From Desulfuromonadales bacterium (lineage in GTDB: Bacteria > Desulfobacterota > JAENJC01), in assembly GCA_919902985.1 (NCBI GenBank), contig CAKKSC010000021.1, forward strand, positions 29,676 to 93,675: DNA of 64,000 nucleotides, written 5' to 3'. The notes below the pieces were generated by a model, which was not told where the DNA came from, ran no database searches, and was given only the letters and a program-made list of their open reading frames with translations. Below, in pieces: positions 16,303-26,562 of the stretch. Each line of letters opens with the position of its first letter. Positions within the stretch are counted from its first letter, which is position 1. A program made the position numbers and the translations under genes.

Positions 16303-18954
16303 ATGGGAAACAACCCCGAAATCGAAAGACTCGAAGTTGAGGTAAGCAGGCTCAAATTGGACCTTGAAAAGGCCCAAGAACGTGAGGAGCTTGCCGAGGT
16401 GTCCCGAAGGATTATCCTCAACATGATGGAGGAGGTGAATGAGTCTGCCGAAAACATAGAGAAGGGAAAGCGGGAGTGGGAGGCGACCTTTGATGCCATC
16501 TCAGAGCCACTCTTCATCCATGATAAAGAGATGAGGATAATCAGGGCGAACAAGGCATATCTTAGTGCATCCGGCGAGGGCGGGTTCGAGCATATAATCG
16601 GCAGACCGTATTACGAGGTCTTCCCCAAGAGGGATGGTCCTTTCAGGATGTGCTCGAAGTCATTGGAATTGCGGGAGGAGGTGGAGGAGGTTTCTCTTCC
16701 AGCTACAGGCAAGGTTTTCAGGGTAAGGTTTTATCCAGTCCAAGGTCCGGCCAAAGAATCCCTTTACTCCATTCATGTCATGGAGGACATAACCGATTCA
16801 AAGAGGGAAGAGGAGAAGCGTAAGATACTGTATGAGTTTAGCAATAGAATGATCGCCAGTATGGACCTTGATTACAGGTTGAACCACATCTGTTCAACGA
16901 TAGTTGATTTCGGTTATAGAATGGCCTGGATAGGCACCTTGAGAGATGATACCAAAGAGGTGGTCCCCAGGTCCCAGGCTGGATTTGAGGAGGGGTACAT
17001 ATCCACCGTCAGGGTAAGATATGACGACTCACCTTTAGGGCAGGGGCCAACGGGGATAGCGATTAAGAGTAAGAAGCCTGAATTTCAGAACCACATTGCA
17101 ACAGATCCGAGGTATGGGCCTTGGAGAGAGGCTGCCTTGAAAAGAGGGTATGGTTCTTCGGCTGCCTTCCCTATCATGCACGAAAACAAGGTCATTGCCG
17201 TACTTAATATATACAACTCGAATGAGACCTTCCCGGAGAAGGAGATAAATTTCCTTCAGACCTTCGCCAATCAGACTGGAACGGCCCTGAGAAATGCCCA
17301 GCTGTTTGAGGAGGTTAAGGGATCGGCTGAAAGGATAAGGCAGGAGATGGAGGTGACGACCCATCTCCTGATGATCGCGGACGCCGTTGCCGGGACGACG
17401 GATATAGACAGGCTCATGGAGCAGGTTGTTCACTGCGGGCACAAGATCACAGGCTGTGATATCTGTCTTTCATACCTATGGGACAAGGACTTAAATGCCT
17501 TTCAACCATGCCAGGAGTTTGGCCTGCCTAAAGAATTACTTCCCATCTTCAGGACGGAACCGTTGGGCATTAAGGCAGAGTTTGTCAAACAAGCTCTAAC
17601 GAAGAAGGCCCCGGTGATAGAAAAGGTAGGGGCGGTCTGCGAACCCACCCTACAGTGGATTGCCGACATTAACACCATTGCCGTAATTCCCCTGACAGGC
17701 AAGAAGGATTATCTCGGCCTGATAGTAGGCATCTATCAGGCAGGGAAGGGTTTGAAATCCGCCCTTACGGAATTCACAGAAAGGGACATAAATCTTATGC
17801 AGGGGATCTCCCACCAGGTCTCAGTTGCCCTTGAGGAGGCAAGCCTTTACAAGGAATCCACCGACAGGGCCATGGAGCTTTCCCATAAGATTGAGACCAT
17901 AAAGGTGATGCATGAGATAGACAGGAGCATCCTCTCGACCCTGGCATCTACTGAGATACTTGAGACCGTTACCAGGATGATTGGTAGGTTGATCCCCTGC
18001 GACAGGGCAACCATTGCCCTTGTGGATAAGGAAAGAGAGGGGTTTATCTATGAGGCAGGTTTTGGGTTGATATTTATCCAGAAGGGGGCGCTGGTACTTT
18101 TTGCTGAGACATCGGCAACAGAGGTGGTAACGACAGGTAGGCCTCAATACATCCAGGATCTTGAGATAGTCAATGAACCGCTGCCTTTTGAGCAGAGGCT
18201 CCTCAAAGATGGTTTCCTTTCACATATCAGGCTCCCCCTCGCAGTAAAGGGTGAGGTAGTGGCGGTCTTAAACGTTGGTGCAAAGAGGTCCGCCGCATTT
18301 ACAAAGGAAAACCTGTCTACTCTTGAGTATCTTGCATCCCAGATAGGCGTTGCCCTCTCAAATGCAGGTCTTGTATCAGACCTTGAGGGGCTTTTCATAG
18401 GAGTGGTCAAGTCCCTCTCCTCCGCCATAGACGCCAAGTCACCGTGGACAGCCGGTCATTCGGAGAGGGTCACGAAATATGCCCTTGATATTGCGAAGCA
18501 GATGGGCTTGCCTGAGAAGGAGCTTAAAGACCTTGAGCTTGCCGGACTCCTGCACGACATCGGGAAGATAGGGACTTACGAGTCCATACTCGATAAACCT
18601 GCAAAGCTTAACGATGAGGAGCAGGCCGTGATGAGGCAGCATCCTGTAATGGGCGCTGAGATACTTGCTCACATTAGACAATTGAAAGATATTATCCCTG
18701 GAGTGAAATACCACCATGAATTCTATGACGGGACGGGTTACCCTGAAGGGCTCAAGGGAGAGGCTATACCGTTACACGCACGAATCCTCACCGTTGCCGA
18801 TACCGTAGACGCGATGGGTGCGGACAGGCCTTACAGGGAGGGGATGGCGATGGATGTTATCATTGCGGAACTGAAGAGATGCTCCGGGACGCAGTTTGAT
18901 CCTAAGGTGGCGGAGGCGTTTTTAAAGGTTTTACCTCAAAAAGATATTGTCTAA
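16303..18954 (+). CDS. Coiled-coil - PAS - GAF - GAF - GAF - HD-GYP protein (paralogue of 13554..15659)
   Basis: Same architecture as the paralogue plus an extra GAF domain. The HD-GYP domain is near-identical to the paralogue's. The ORF is open from 16237 (overlapping the preceding gene); by homology to the paralogue's N-terminus, M at 16303 is the likely start. Confidence 0.8.
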   Translation: MGNNPEIERLEVEVSRLKLDLEKAQEREELAEVSRRIILNMMEEVNESAENIEKGKREWEATFDAISEPLFIHDKEMRIIRANKAYLSASGEGGFEHIIGRPYYEVFPKRDGPFRMCSKSLELREEVEEVSLPATGKVFRVRFYPVQGPAKESLYSIHVMEDITDSKREEEKRKILYEFSNRMIASMDLDYRLNHICSTIVDFGYRMAWIGTLRDDTKEVVPRSQAGFEEGYISTVRVRYDDSPLGQGPTGIAIKSKKPEFQNHIATDPRYGPWREAALKRGYGSSAAFPIMHENKVIAVLNIYNSNETFPEKEINFLQTFANQTGTALRNAQLFEEVKGSAERIRQEMEVTTHLLMIADAVAGTTDIDRLMEQVVHCGHKITGCDICLSYLWDKDLNAFQPCQEFGLPKELLPIFRTEPLGIKAEFVKQALTKKAPVIEKVGAVCEPTLQWIADINTIAVIPLTGKKDYLGLIVGIYQAGKGLKSALTEFTERDINLMQGISHQVSVALEEASLYKESTDRAMELSHKIETIKVMHEIDRSILSTLASTEILETVTRMIGRLIPCDRATIALVDKEREGFIYEAGFGLIFIQKGALVLFAETSATEVVTTGRPQYIQDLEIVNEPLPFEQRLLKDGFLSHIRLPLAVKGEVVAVLNVGAKRSAAFTKENLSTLEYLASQIGVALSNAGLVSDLEGLFIGVVKSLSSAIDAKSPWTAGHSERVTKYALDIAKQMGLPEKELKDLELAGLLHDIGKIGTYESILDKPAKLNDEEQAVMRQHPVMGAEILAHIRQLKDIIPGVKYHHEFYDGTGYPEGLKGEAIPLHARILTVADTVDAMGADRPYREGMAMDVIIAELKRCSGTQFDPKVAEAFLKVLPQKDIV
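18418..18924. repeat. Second copy of the near-identical HD-GYP-encoding block (see 15134..15640)
   Basis: See the paired feature. Even antisense ORFs translate identically (15156..15434 and 18439..18717). Confidence 0.85.
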
Positions 18955-19006
18955 ATCCCTTCTTTCTGATAAATTCCAATCATAACTAATTTTTCGGAGG
19001 TATGTT

Positions 19007-20791
19007 TTGGCAGAATCGCTGGAAGGATGGAAGAGGAGCAATAGTTGCGGAGAGCTTAATTCCTCGTATATTGATAAGGATGTTCTTCTGATGGGCTGGG
19101 TACAGAGAAGAAGGGACCATGGTGGTCTTATATTCATAGACCTTCGGGACAGGGAAGGGCTTACACAGGTCGTCTTTAACCCGGAATCCGGGGCTGCATC
19201 CCATGCAAAGGCCCATTCCCTTAGAAGCGAGCATGTTGTTGCCATAAAGGGAAAGGTCTCCAAAAGACCGGAAGGGACTGTGAACCCCAATCTGAAGACA
19301 GGTGAGATAGAGGTCATAGCCGATTCACTTAAGCTGCTTAACGAATCTAAGACACCGCCCTTTGCAATAGAGGACGACCTCGATGCTGCTGAGACCCTGA
19401 GGCTCAGGTACCGTTACCTGGATCTGAGGAGGCCATTAATTCAGAGCAAGATCATTCTCCGCCACAAGGTAGTGCAGAAGTTCAGAGGGTTTCTAAGCAA
19501 CAACGGTTTTCTTGAGATAGAGACACCTATGCTCACAAAGAGCACGCCTGAAGGGGCAAGGGACTTCCTTGTCCCGAGCAGACTCAGCCCTGGTGCGTTC
19601 TATGCACTCCCGCAGTCCCCGCAACTGTTTAAACAGATCCTGATGGTTTCAGGGTTTGATAAATATTATCAGGTTGTAAGGTGTTTCAGGGACGAGGACC
19701 TCCGGGCAGACAGGCAGCCTGAGTTCACCCAGATAGATATTGAGATGTCCTTTATTGATATGGATGATCTCATGGGTCTGATGGAGGAGATGATCGGAGA
19801 TGTTTTCCACGAGGCCAGGGGGGTCAGACCAAACACCCCCTTCTCACGGCTCACATACAAAGAGGCTATTGACAGGTTCGGTCTTGATGCCCCTGATACA
19901 AGGTTTGGGATGGAGTTAAATGACATATCGGATGTGGTGAAGAACTCCTCATTTAAGGTCTTTGCAGACCCACTTTCAAAGGGCGGGGTTGTAAAGGTAA
20001 TTAATGTCAGGGGCGGAGGTTCCATGTCCAGGGCAGAGATAGATCTACTTACGGAATTTGCAAGGTCCCACGGCGCAAAGGGTCTTGCATGGGTCAAGGT
20101 GACGGCAGAAGGCTGGCAGTCGCCGATCGCAAAGTTCCTTACAGAGGATGAGATAAAGGGGGTAAATGAGAAGTCAGGCGCCGAAATTGGAGATATCCTC
20201 CTGTTCGCTGCTGATAGCTACAAGGTTGCAAATACGCTCCTCGGCAGGCTGAGGGTGCATCTCGGTCATAAGCTTGGGCTGATAGACAAGGCTATCTTTA
20301 ACTTTGTTTGGGTGACTGAGTTTCCTCTGCTTGAATTTGACGAGGCAGAAAAGAGGTATGTAGCTGTTCATCATCCTTTTACAGCTCCTATGGACGAGGA
20401 CATGCCGCATATTTCGGACCAGCCTGAAAAGGTCAGGGCAAAGGCCTATGATCTTGTTCTGAACGGCACCGAGATTGGTGGAGGGAGTATCAGGATACAC
20501 CGCCAGGACATACAGTCTATGATTTTTACCAAGCTTGGGATAACCGAGGAGGAGGGGAGGGAGAAGTTCGGTTTCCTCCTGGAGGCCCTTGAATACGGCG
20601 CCCCGCCGCATGGAGGAATAGCATTCGGACTCGACAGGCTTATTGCGATACTAACAGGCTCCGACTCCATCAGGGATGTCATCGCGTTCCCCAAGACACA
20701 GAAAGGGACGTGCCTCATGACCGATGCACCTTCAAAGGTCGGGAAGAGGCAGTTAGATGAGCTTTCTATAAAGGCGAATATAGTTGAGTGA
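19007..20791 (+). CDS. aspS: Aspartyl-tRNA synthetase
   Basis: TTG start 6 nt after GGAGG. The class II aaRS AspRS signature runs throughout (anticodon-binding OB fold, [33 protein letters not shown]). Confidence 0.9.
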   Translation: MAESLEGWKRSNSCGELNSSYIDKDVLLMGWVQRRRDHGGLIFIDLRDREGLTQVVFNPESGAASHAKAHSLRSEHVVAIKGKVSKRPEGTVNPNLKTGEIEVIADSLKLLNESKTPPFAIEDDLDAAETLRLRYRYLDLRRPLIQSKIILRHKVVQKFRGFLSNNGFLEIETPMLTKSTPEGARDFLVPSRLSPGAFYALPQSPQLFKQILMVSGFDKYYQVVRCFRDEDLRADRQPEFTQIDIEMSFIDMDDLMGLMEEMIGDVFHEARGVRPNTPFSRLTYKEAIDRFGLDAPDTRFGMELNDISDVVKNSSFKVFADPLSKGGVVKVINVRGGGSMSRAEIDLLTEFARSHGAKGLAWVKVTAEGWQSPIAKFLTEDEIKGVNEKSGAEIGDILLFAADSYKVANTLLGRLRVHLGHKLGLIDKAIFNFVWVTEFPLLEFDEAEKRYVAVHHPFTAPMDEDMPHISDQPEKVRAKAYDLVLNGTEIGGGSIRIHRQDIQSMIFTKLGITEEEGREKFGFLLEALEYGAPPHGGIAFGLDRLIAILTGSDSIRDVIAFPKTQKGTCLMTDAPSKVGKRQLDELSIKANIVE

Positions 20792-20798
20792 TGGCTGC

Positions 20799-21947
20799 TT
20801 ATGCCGGAGGTATGATAAAGCTTATCCTTGTTCCTTTACCGTATTCACTTTCGATACTTAACTTCCCACCCATTGATGCTACAAGATGCTTTACAATGGC
20901 AAGTCCCAGGCCGGTTCCGCCCAGTTCTCTTGAGCGGGCAGGGTCAACCCTGTAGAAGCGCTCACCGAGCCTCGGGATATCCTTTGGCGGTATTCCGGTC
21001 CCGGTGTCAGTGACGGAGATTTGTACTAACGCCCCAGAAGTTAAGAGGTTAAGAGGTTGAGAGGTTATTATTCGTGCGTTGATTCTCACTGACCCTTTCT
21101 CTGTGAACTTTATCCCGTTGTCTACGAGATTTAAAAGTATCTGAGCCAGCCTGTCCTTGTCAGAAAGGGCATGGACCCCTTTTTCAATATCCAGTTCAAG
21201 GTTTAGCCCCTTGGCCTTTGCCTTAGGTTCCAGGGTTGAAATAACCATTCTTGCCACTTCTTCGATCTCCACAGCCCTTATATCAAAGCTTACCTTACCG
21301 AGTTCGATGTTGGACAGGGTCAGGAGGTCTTCCACAAGCCTTGAGAGCCTGTCGGCATTCTCCTTTATTATATCAACAAACCTGGCGGCGTGTTCCTTGT
21401 CGTTAATGGCCCCTTCCTTCAACGTCTCAGCAAACCCTTTAATGGCGGTCAGCGGGGTCTTTAGCTCGTGGGATACATTGGCCACAAAGTCTATCCTCAT
21501 TGTCTCAAGTTTTTTGAGCAGGGTTATCTCATGGAAGACTATGACCGAACCGAGTCTTTCAGTATTGCGAATGAGAGGGGTCATTGTCACTGAGAGGCTT
21601 ACGGAATTAGGGGCAGCAATAGTTATTTCTCCGGTTACCGTCTCTCCCTTTTTACTCCCCTCCTCAATGATCCTGTGAAGCTCAGGGTTTCTTGATATCT
21701 CAACAACTCTTTTCTCAAGGAGTTCTTTGCCGAAAAGCTCTTCAGCCTTCCTGTTGGCCATTGTCACGTTCCCTTTGGGGTCCGTAACTATGACCCCCTC
21801 TTCCATACTGGCAAGGATGGCCTCTCTCTGCTCTTTTTCGTCTTTAAGCTTTTCCAGAGTGACCCTTAGTTCAGATGAGAGCCTGGAAAGCTCGGAATCT
21901 GGTTCTTTTTTTCCTGATGGGAAGAGCTTGGTAAACATATCTTTCAA
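20799..21947 (-). CDS. PAS-domain sensor histidine kinase (PAS - HisKA - HATPase_c), PhoR-like core
   Basis: H-box VANVSHELKTPLTAIKGF. N, G1 and G2 boxes are present (NLVDNGIKF, DTGTGI, GTGLGLAIV). Convergent with aspS with only a 7-nt gap. Confidence 0.85.
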   Translation of the reverse strand: MKDMFTKLFPSGKKEPDSELSRLSSELRVTLEKLKDEKEQREAILASMEEGVIVTDPKGNVTMANRKAEELFGKELLEKRVVEISRNPELHRIIEEGSKKGETVTGEITIAAPNSVSLSVTMTPLIRNTERLGSVIVFHEITLLKKLETMRIDFVANVSHELKTPLTAIKGFAETLKEGAINDKEHAARFVDIIKENADRLSRLVEDLLTLSNIELGKVSFDIRAVEIEEVARMVISTLEPKAKAKGLNLELDIEKGVHALSDKDRLAQILLNLVDNGIKFTEKGSVRINARIITSQPLNLLTSGALVQISVTDTGTGIPPKDIPRLGERFYRVDPARSRELGGTGLGLAIVKHLVASMGGKLSIESEYGKGTRISFIIPPA

Positions 21948-22191
21948 AAATATACCTTCGTCGGTTTTTTATGAAACTTGACAGTCATATTAATAACAGC
22001 TTTCCGTCCGCCGATTCTAAGTAGACTTTAGAGAATAAAGCATACTCTGTCAAGAAAAATGAACTGAAAAATGAGCTGAATTGTACTCCTGTTTCAGGGT
22101 AAATTTATCAACTTACCCACTTTGCAAAATTCCGCACCCGTGCTAAGCTTTCTCTGTAAAACTGGAGAAACAGTTATGGCACCTACCTTGC

Positions 22192-22230
<39 letters not shown>

Positions 22231-22334
22231 TTTGCCCTAGCGGCAAGTCTGTTGCGGATTTTGGAAATTCAAAAACCTCGGTTTCACCGGAGCAGCGGTG
22301 GCCGGGGTTTTTGTTTTTTAGGGCGGAGGGGTAC

Positions 22335-23987
22335 ATGAGCGTCAGGACGAAATTGATCTTAATGTTTGCGGGCATTGCTATGCTTGTCGGTATTGGCGCC
22401 TCCTTCTACGTCATATATGACCATTGGATAGAAGCCGATGAGCACGCTGCACGCCATGCTGAAGGCTCCGCCAGAGCCTTTGCCTTTGCCATGGTCTCCG
22501 AGGATCTATCAGCAAACTCCACACCCATATATAAATCTCCAGTGCAGCTACAGAATTTCATTACCGATCTGCACGCGAAACTCAAACAAGATATTGAGTT
22601 GGTGGATACCCAAAAGAAGATACTCGGAGACGCAATCCCCGAAGATGTGGGCACAGTACTTGACCATGATAGTAATGACGAAGTGGGGCAGACGATAAGG
22701 GACGGCATCACCAGGACGCTGATTGAAACAAGCGCGGATTATCCCCAGGGGATTCGTCAGATCGCAGTCCAGGTCAAGACGAAACAGGGGGAAGTAGTTG
22801 GCGCCCTCCTCCTTGAGTACACAAATGTTTATGACGAACACATTGCCGATGCAAAAAGAGAGATGCTCTATTTTTACATGGAAGCACTCATCTCGGTATT
22901 CATGGTCAGCCTGATCGGGTTTTGGTTCGCCAGAAGCATCACCAATCCGATTCTGAAGTTGGCCAAGGCGAGCGGCGAGATGGCAGCAGGCAATCTTGAT
23001 GTAATAGTGGAGGTTGCATCGAAGGACGAGATTGGCGACCTCGCCACGGCCTTTAACAATATGGTGGAATCGAGGAAGTTGGCAGAGAAAAAGGCAAGGG
23101 AGAGCGAAAACCGCTTCAGGAAACTCTTTGAAAACTCCAACGACGCCATCTTCATCAATGATGCAGAAACGAGCCGTATTCTCGATGTCAACGAGCGGGT
23201 GCTGAAAAACCTGGGATATACCAGGGAAGAATTACTGGCGATGAGGGTCACCGATATCGAGGCTACCCTGCCGGATAAATTCTCATGGGAAAACCACATG
23301 AGGGAACTCGACGCAGCGGGTTTCATGCTCCTCGAAGGCCGACACAGGAGAAAGGATGGCGTCGTATTCCCCGTTGAGATCAGTGTAAGGAACATTCAGG
23401 CGGAAGAGAAAAAGTTCAATCTTGCCATCGTCCGCGACATCACCGAGCGGAAAAAGGCGGAGGAAAAGCTATTGGAGAGCAGGAAGACGATAGAATCTGT
23501 CCTGAACGCTACCACTGACGCGCTGTTTCTGATAGATGCCGCAGGGAATATCCTTGCATTGAATGAAACAACCGCCGGGAGGCTTGCTAAAAAACCAGGG
23601 GAGCTTATCGGTTCCTGCATATATGACCATCTGCCTCCCGCTATTGCGCAGGCAAGGAAGGCGTATGTTGATGAGGCGATGCGCACCGGCAAAACCGTAA
23701 GGTTTGAAGATGAACACAATGGAGAGTGGCTGGACAACAGTATATTCCCTATCTCTGATGAACAGGGAAAGCTTGTAAGGGCTGTCATTTATGGCCACTA
23801 CATCACAGACCGCAAGAACGCGGAGAAGGAGCTTAAGGAAAAGTCCGCAAATCTTGAGAGGTTCAACAGGCATATGGTCGGCAGGGAGATGCGTATGCTT
23901 GAGATGAAAAAAGAGGTGAACGACCTCCTTGAGAGGCTGGGAGAGCCGAAGAGGTATGAATGGACGAAAGAGGGGGAATCTTCATGA
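22335..23987 (+). CDS. Membrane sensor: TM - periplasmic-type sensor region - TM - HAMP - PAS - PAS - conserved C-terminal coiled-coil tag. No enzymatic output domain
   Basis: GGAGGG RBS 4-5 nt before the ATG at 22335 (MSVRTKLILMFAGIAML...). The second TM is followed by HAMP (ITNPILKLAKASGEMAAGNLD...EIGDLATAFNNM). Two PAS folds follow. It ends in GREMRMLEMKKEVNDLLERLGE. The ORF is open from 22122. Confidence 0.7.
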   Translation: MSVRTKLILMFAGIAMLVGIGASFYVIYDHWIEADEHAARHAEGSARAFAFAMVSEDLSANSTPIYKSPVQLQNFITDLHAKLKQDIELVDTQKKILGDAIPEDVGTVLDHDSNDEVGQTIRDGITRTLIETSADYPQGIRQIAVQVKTKQGEVVGALLLEYTNVYDEHIADAKREMLYFYMEALISVFMVSLIGFWFARSITNPILKLAKASGEMAAGNLDVIVEVASKDEIGDLATAFNNMVESRKLAEKKARESENRFRKLFENSNDAIFINDAETSRILDVNERVLKNLGYTREELLAMRVTDIEATLPDKFSWENHMRELDAAGFMLLEGRHRRKDGVVFPVEISVRNIQAEEKKFNLAIVRDITERKKAEEKLLESRKTIESVLNATTDALFLIDAAGNILALNETTAGRLAKKPGELIGSCIYDHLPPAIAQARKAYVDEAMRTGKTVRFEDEHNGEWLDNSIFPISDEQGKLVRAVIYGHYITDRKNAEKELKEKSANLERFNRHMVGREMRMLEMKKEVNDLLERLGEPKRYEWTKEGESS

Positions 23988-24005
23988 AATATGGAGGGTT
24001 TTTAA

Positions 24006-25265
24006 ATGCTTAATACGGTAAAGGTCCCGGAACAGCTTGCGCCTCTGTTTGAAAAGGCCCAGGAGTACGTCGGGAGGTATTTTCAGGAAAGGAAGGAGGA
24101 CCCGTCTAAGGGGACTATCGAGATATTCGGGGAGCGGTACATACTTGTAAGGGCTGCCTCCATGTCCGTGGATTTTTTTGAGACTGTTTCAAAGCTGTAT
24201 GAAAAGGAGGGGGAAGAAGAGGGAAGAAATATTGCAAGGCAACTCCTTTTTGATATAGCCCATGCCATAGGCAAACAGGACGCCCGAAACTTCCATAAAA
24301 AGATGGAGCTGAAAGACCCCATCGAAAAGCTGTCTGCGGGGCCTATCCATTTTTCCCATACTGGTTGGGCCTTTGTTGATATCTTTGCGGAATCCAGACC
24401 TTCCTCAGACGAAGATTATTACCTCATCTATGACCATCCTTATGCCTTTGAGTCTGCCGCATGGATTGCATCGGGGAAAAAGAGCGACTTCCCTGTCTGT
24501 GTGATGAACGCGGGTTACTCATCAGGATGGTGCGAGGAGAGCTTCGGCATCCCCCTTGTGGCCTCGGAGATCATGTGCACGGCAAAGGGGGATGAAGCCT
24601 GCCGGTTTATCATGGCGCCGCCGTCAAGGATCGAAGGGCATATAGCAGACTACATGAAAAGGGAGCCGGAACTGGCAAAGAAGATCACAAGATACGAGGT
24701 GCCCGGTTTCTTCAAGAGAAAGGAGATGGAAGACGAACTGAAAAAGGCATACGAGTTTATGAACGCCATTATAAACGCCATCCCTTCGCCTTTTTACGTC
24801 ATAGATGCAGATGATTACAAGGTCAAGCTGGCCAACGCGGCATTTGGTCCAAGAGATGGATGGGAGGGGAAGACCTGTTATGATGTTACTCATCATAGGG
24901 ATGAACCCTGCACCGGCGAGCATGTATGCCCTCTCGCTGAGGTAAAGAGGACAAAGAGACCTGTGGTAGTCGAGCATATTCATTACGACGAGGACGGCAG
25001 GCCAAGACTATACGAGGTACACGGGTCTCCCATATTAGACAAAGACGGCAATGTCGTCCATATGATTGAGTACAATCAGGACATTACAGAGAGGAAGAAG
25101 ATGGAGGAATCTTTGAAAAAGGCCAATAAGGAGCTTCTGGATAAGACCACCCGTCTTGAGATGTTCCAGAAGATGACTATGGGGAGGGAGCAGAGGATAA
25201 TGGAGTTGAAGAAGGAAGTGAACGAGCTCCTTGAAAGGCTTGGCGAGCATAGGAGATATGAATAG
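24006..25265 (+). CDS. V4R-like (4-vinyl-reductase-type) ligand-binding domain - Cys-rich PAS domain - conserved C-terminal coiled-coil tag
   Basis: The N-terminal ~200 aa resembles the V4R/XylR-N fold (ERYILVRAASM...GWCEESFGIPLVASEIMCTAKGDEACRF). The PAS region carries a CxxxxxxxxCxxxxxC cluster (CYDVTHHRDEPCTGEHVCP). It ends in GREQRIMELKKEVNELLERLGE. Confidence 0.55.
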   Translation: MLNTVKVPEQLAPLFEKAQEYVGRYFQERKEDPSKGTIEIFGERYILVRAASMSVDFFETVSKLYEKEGEEEGRNIARQLLFDIAHAIGKQDARNFHKKMELKDPIEKLSAGPIHFSHTGWAFVDIFAESRPSSDEDYYLIYDHPYAFESAAWIASGKKSDFPVCVMNAGYSSGWCEESFGIPLVASEIMCTAKGDEACRFIMAPPSRIEGHIADYMKREPELAKKITRYEVPGFFKRKEMEDELKKAYEFMNAIINAIPSPFYVIDADDYKVKLANAAFGPRDGWEGKTCYDVTHHRDEPCTGEHVCPLAEVKRTKRPVVVEHIHYDEDGRPRLYEVHGSPILDKDGNVVHMIEYNQDITERKKMEESLKKANKELLDKTTRLEMFQKMTMGREQRIMELKKEVNELLERLGEHRRYE

Positions 25266-25353
25266 GGTTCTTTTTCATTCCAAATGGGTGATCTTTGGAT
25301 GTTAGTGTTTGAAATTCCTCCCCCCAGCGGGGGGAGGTTGGGAGGGGGGAAAG

Positions 25354-25821
25354 ATGGGGGAATTTACCACCGGCAATTCAGTAAAAAAGCTTTTTATTCC
25401 CCAGCCTGTGCCTGCTCCCCTTCTTGAGGCTGCCCGTAATATGAGAAAGGGGATGACAGATGCGAAGCAACTGTTATGGTTCTGCCTGCGCCGCAAGCAG
25501 ATTGGCGGGTTCAGATTTCGCAGGCAGCATCCGTTTGAGCGATTTGCCCTTGACTTCTACTGCTGCGAAGCAAAACTTGCGATGGAGCTTGACGGCGGGC
25601 ATCACAATGAAGTCGGCGTCCATGCCCGCGATAATGAGAGGACCGCAATCCTTGAGCATCATGGCATTAAGGTAATCAGATTCTGGAATAACGAGGTTTT
25701 TCGCAATATGGAGGGCGTATTGCAAACAATTTATGATACGTTGCTGGAGAGAACGACAAAGAACCCCCTCCCCGACCCTCCCCCGCTTGGGGAGGGAAAT
25801 GCATTTCCCCACTTTAAATGA
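25354..25821 (+). CDS. DUF559 / Vsr-like endonuclease-domain protein
   Basis: Has the pattern ARNMRKGMTDAKQLLW...FRFRRQHPFERFALDFYC...LAMELDGGHH...ILEHHGIKVIRFWNNEV. It is flanked on both sides by CCCCCTCC/GGAGGGGG-type GC-rich hairpins. Confidence 0.6.
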   Translation: MGEFTTGNSVKKLFIPQPVPAPLLEAARNMRKGMTDAKQLLWFCLRRKQIGGFRFRRQHPFERFALDFYCCEAKLAMELDGGHHNEVGVHARDNERTAILEHHGIKVIRFWNNEVFRNMEGVLQTIYDTLLERTTKNPLPDPPPLGEGNAFPHFK

Positions 25822-25855
25822 GAAAGAACTTGAATAGTCTAAAAAGGAGGCGGTC

Positions 25856-26398
25856 ATGAAAGGGATAGTCTTTAACCTGCTTGAGGAGTTCATCACTTCG
25901 ATGCTTGGCGAGGAGAAGTATGAGGAGATAGTTGCCGGATGCGACCTGAAGACAAAGGAGCCGTTTGTCGGCCCGGGCACATATCCCGACGAGGACCTGT
26001 TTGCAATCGTGGGCAAGACGGTTGCGGTAAGCGGGATTGCACTGCCTGATGCACTTCGTGGATTCGGCAGATTTTGTTTTCCGAGGCTGGCTGAAAAGTT
26101 CCCGGTGTTTGTGACTGCCCATAATCATCCGAAACCGTTCCTCAAAAGCGTGGAGACCGTAATACATGTTGAGGTAAAAAAACTCTATCCTGATGCAGTG
26201 CTGCCCTCTTTCACCTATGACAACCCTGCCCCTGATAGGCTCATCATGAGATATTCATCTAAAAGGAGGCTCTGTCATCTCATGGAAGGGTTGATTGACG
26301 GAGTCGCCGAATATTACAAAACCCCAATCAGGCGCAGGCAGACAAAGTGTCTGCTGGAAGGGGGGAATGAGTGCGAGTTTGAGCTGAGCTTTGGTTAA
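25856..26398 (+). CDS. Stand-alone H-NOX (heme nitric oxide/oxygen-binding) sensor domain protein
   Basis: AAGGAGG RBS. The N-terminus MKGIVFNLLEEFI matches the H-NOX start. A proximal His-Pro pair is in VETVIHVEVKKLYPDAVLP. The heme-propionate-binding Y-x-S-x-R motif is present as RYSSKRR. Confidence 0.8.
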   Translation: MKGIVFNLLEEFITSMLGEEKYEEIVAGCDLKTKEPFVGPGTYPDEDLFAIVGKTVAVSGIALPDALRGFGRFCFPRLAEKFPVFVTAHNHPKPFLKSVETVIHVEVKKLYPDAVLPSFTYDNPAPDRLIMRYSSKRRLCHLMEGLIDGVAEYYKTPIRRRQTKCLLEGGNECEFELSFG

Positions 26399-26562
26399 AT
26401 CTAAAAAGAACATTTAACCGCAGAGGGCGCAGAGGGAACTCTAATACTCCCCTCCCCTGGCGGGAGGGGATTGAGGGGAGGGGGAACGTGTTATAAGTCT
26501 AAGGGAACAGCATTGGGGTTAGGGGGCGCTATGAGGGACTATTTCCGCAGCAGAGAGAAAAG

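Noticed and set aside
20792-20798. Convergent aspS and histidine-kinase genes separated by only 7 nt with no terminator hairpin.
   Set aside because: This is unusual but not interpretable from sequence alone. Transcripts could terminate inside the opposite gene, and there is no independent evidence of anything more.
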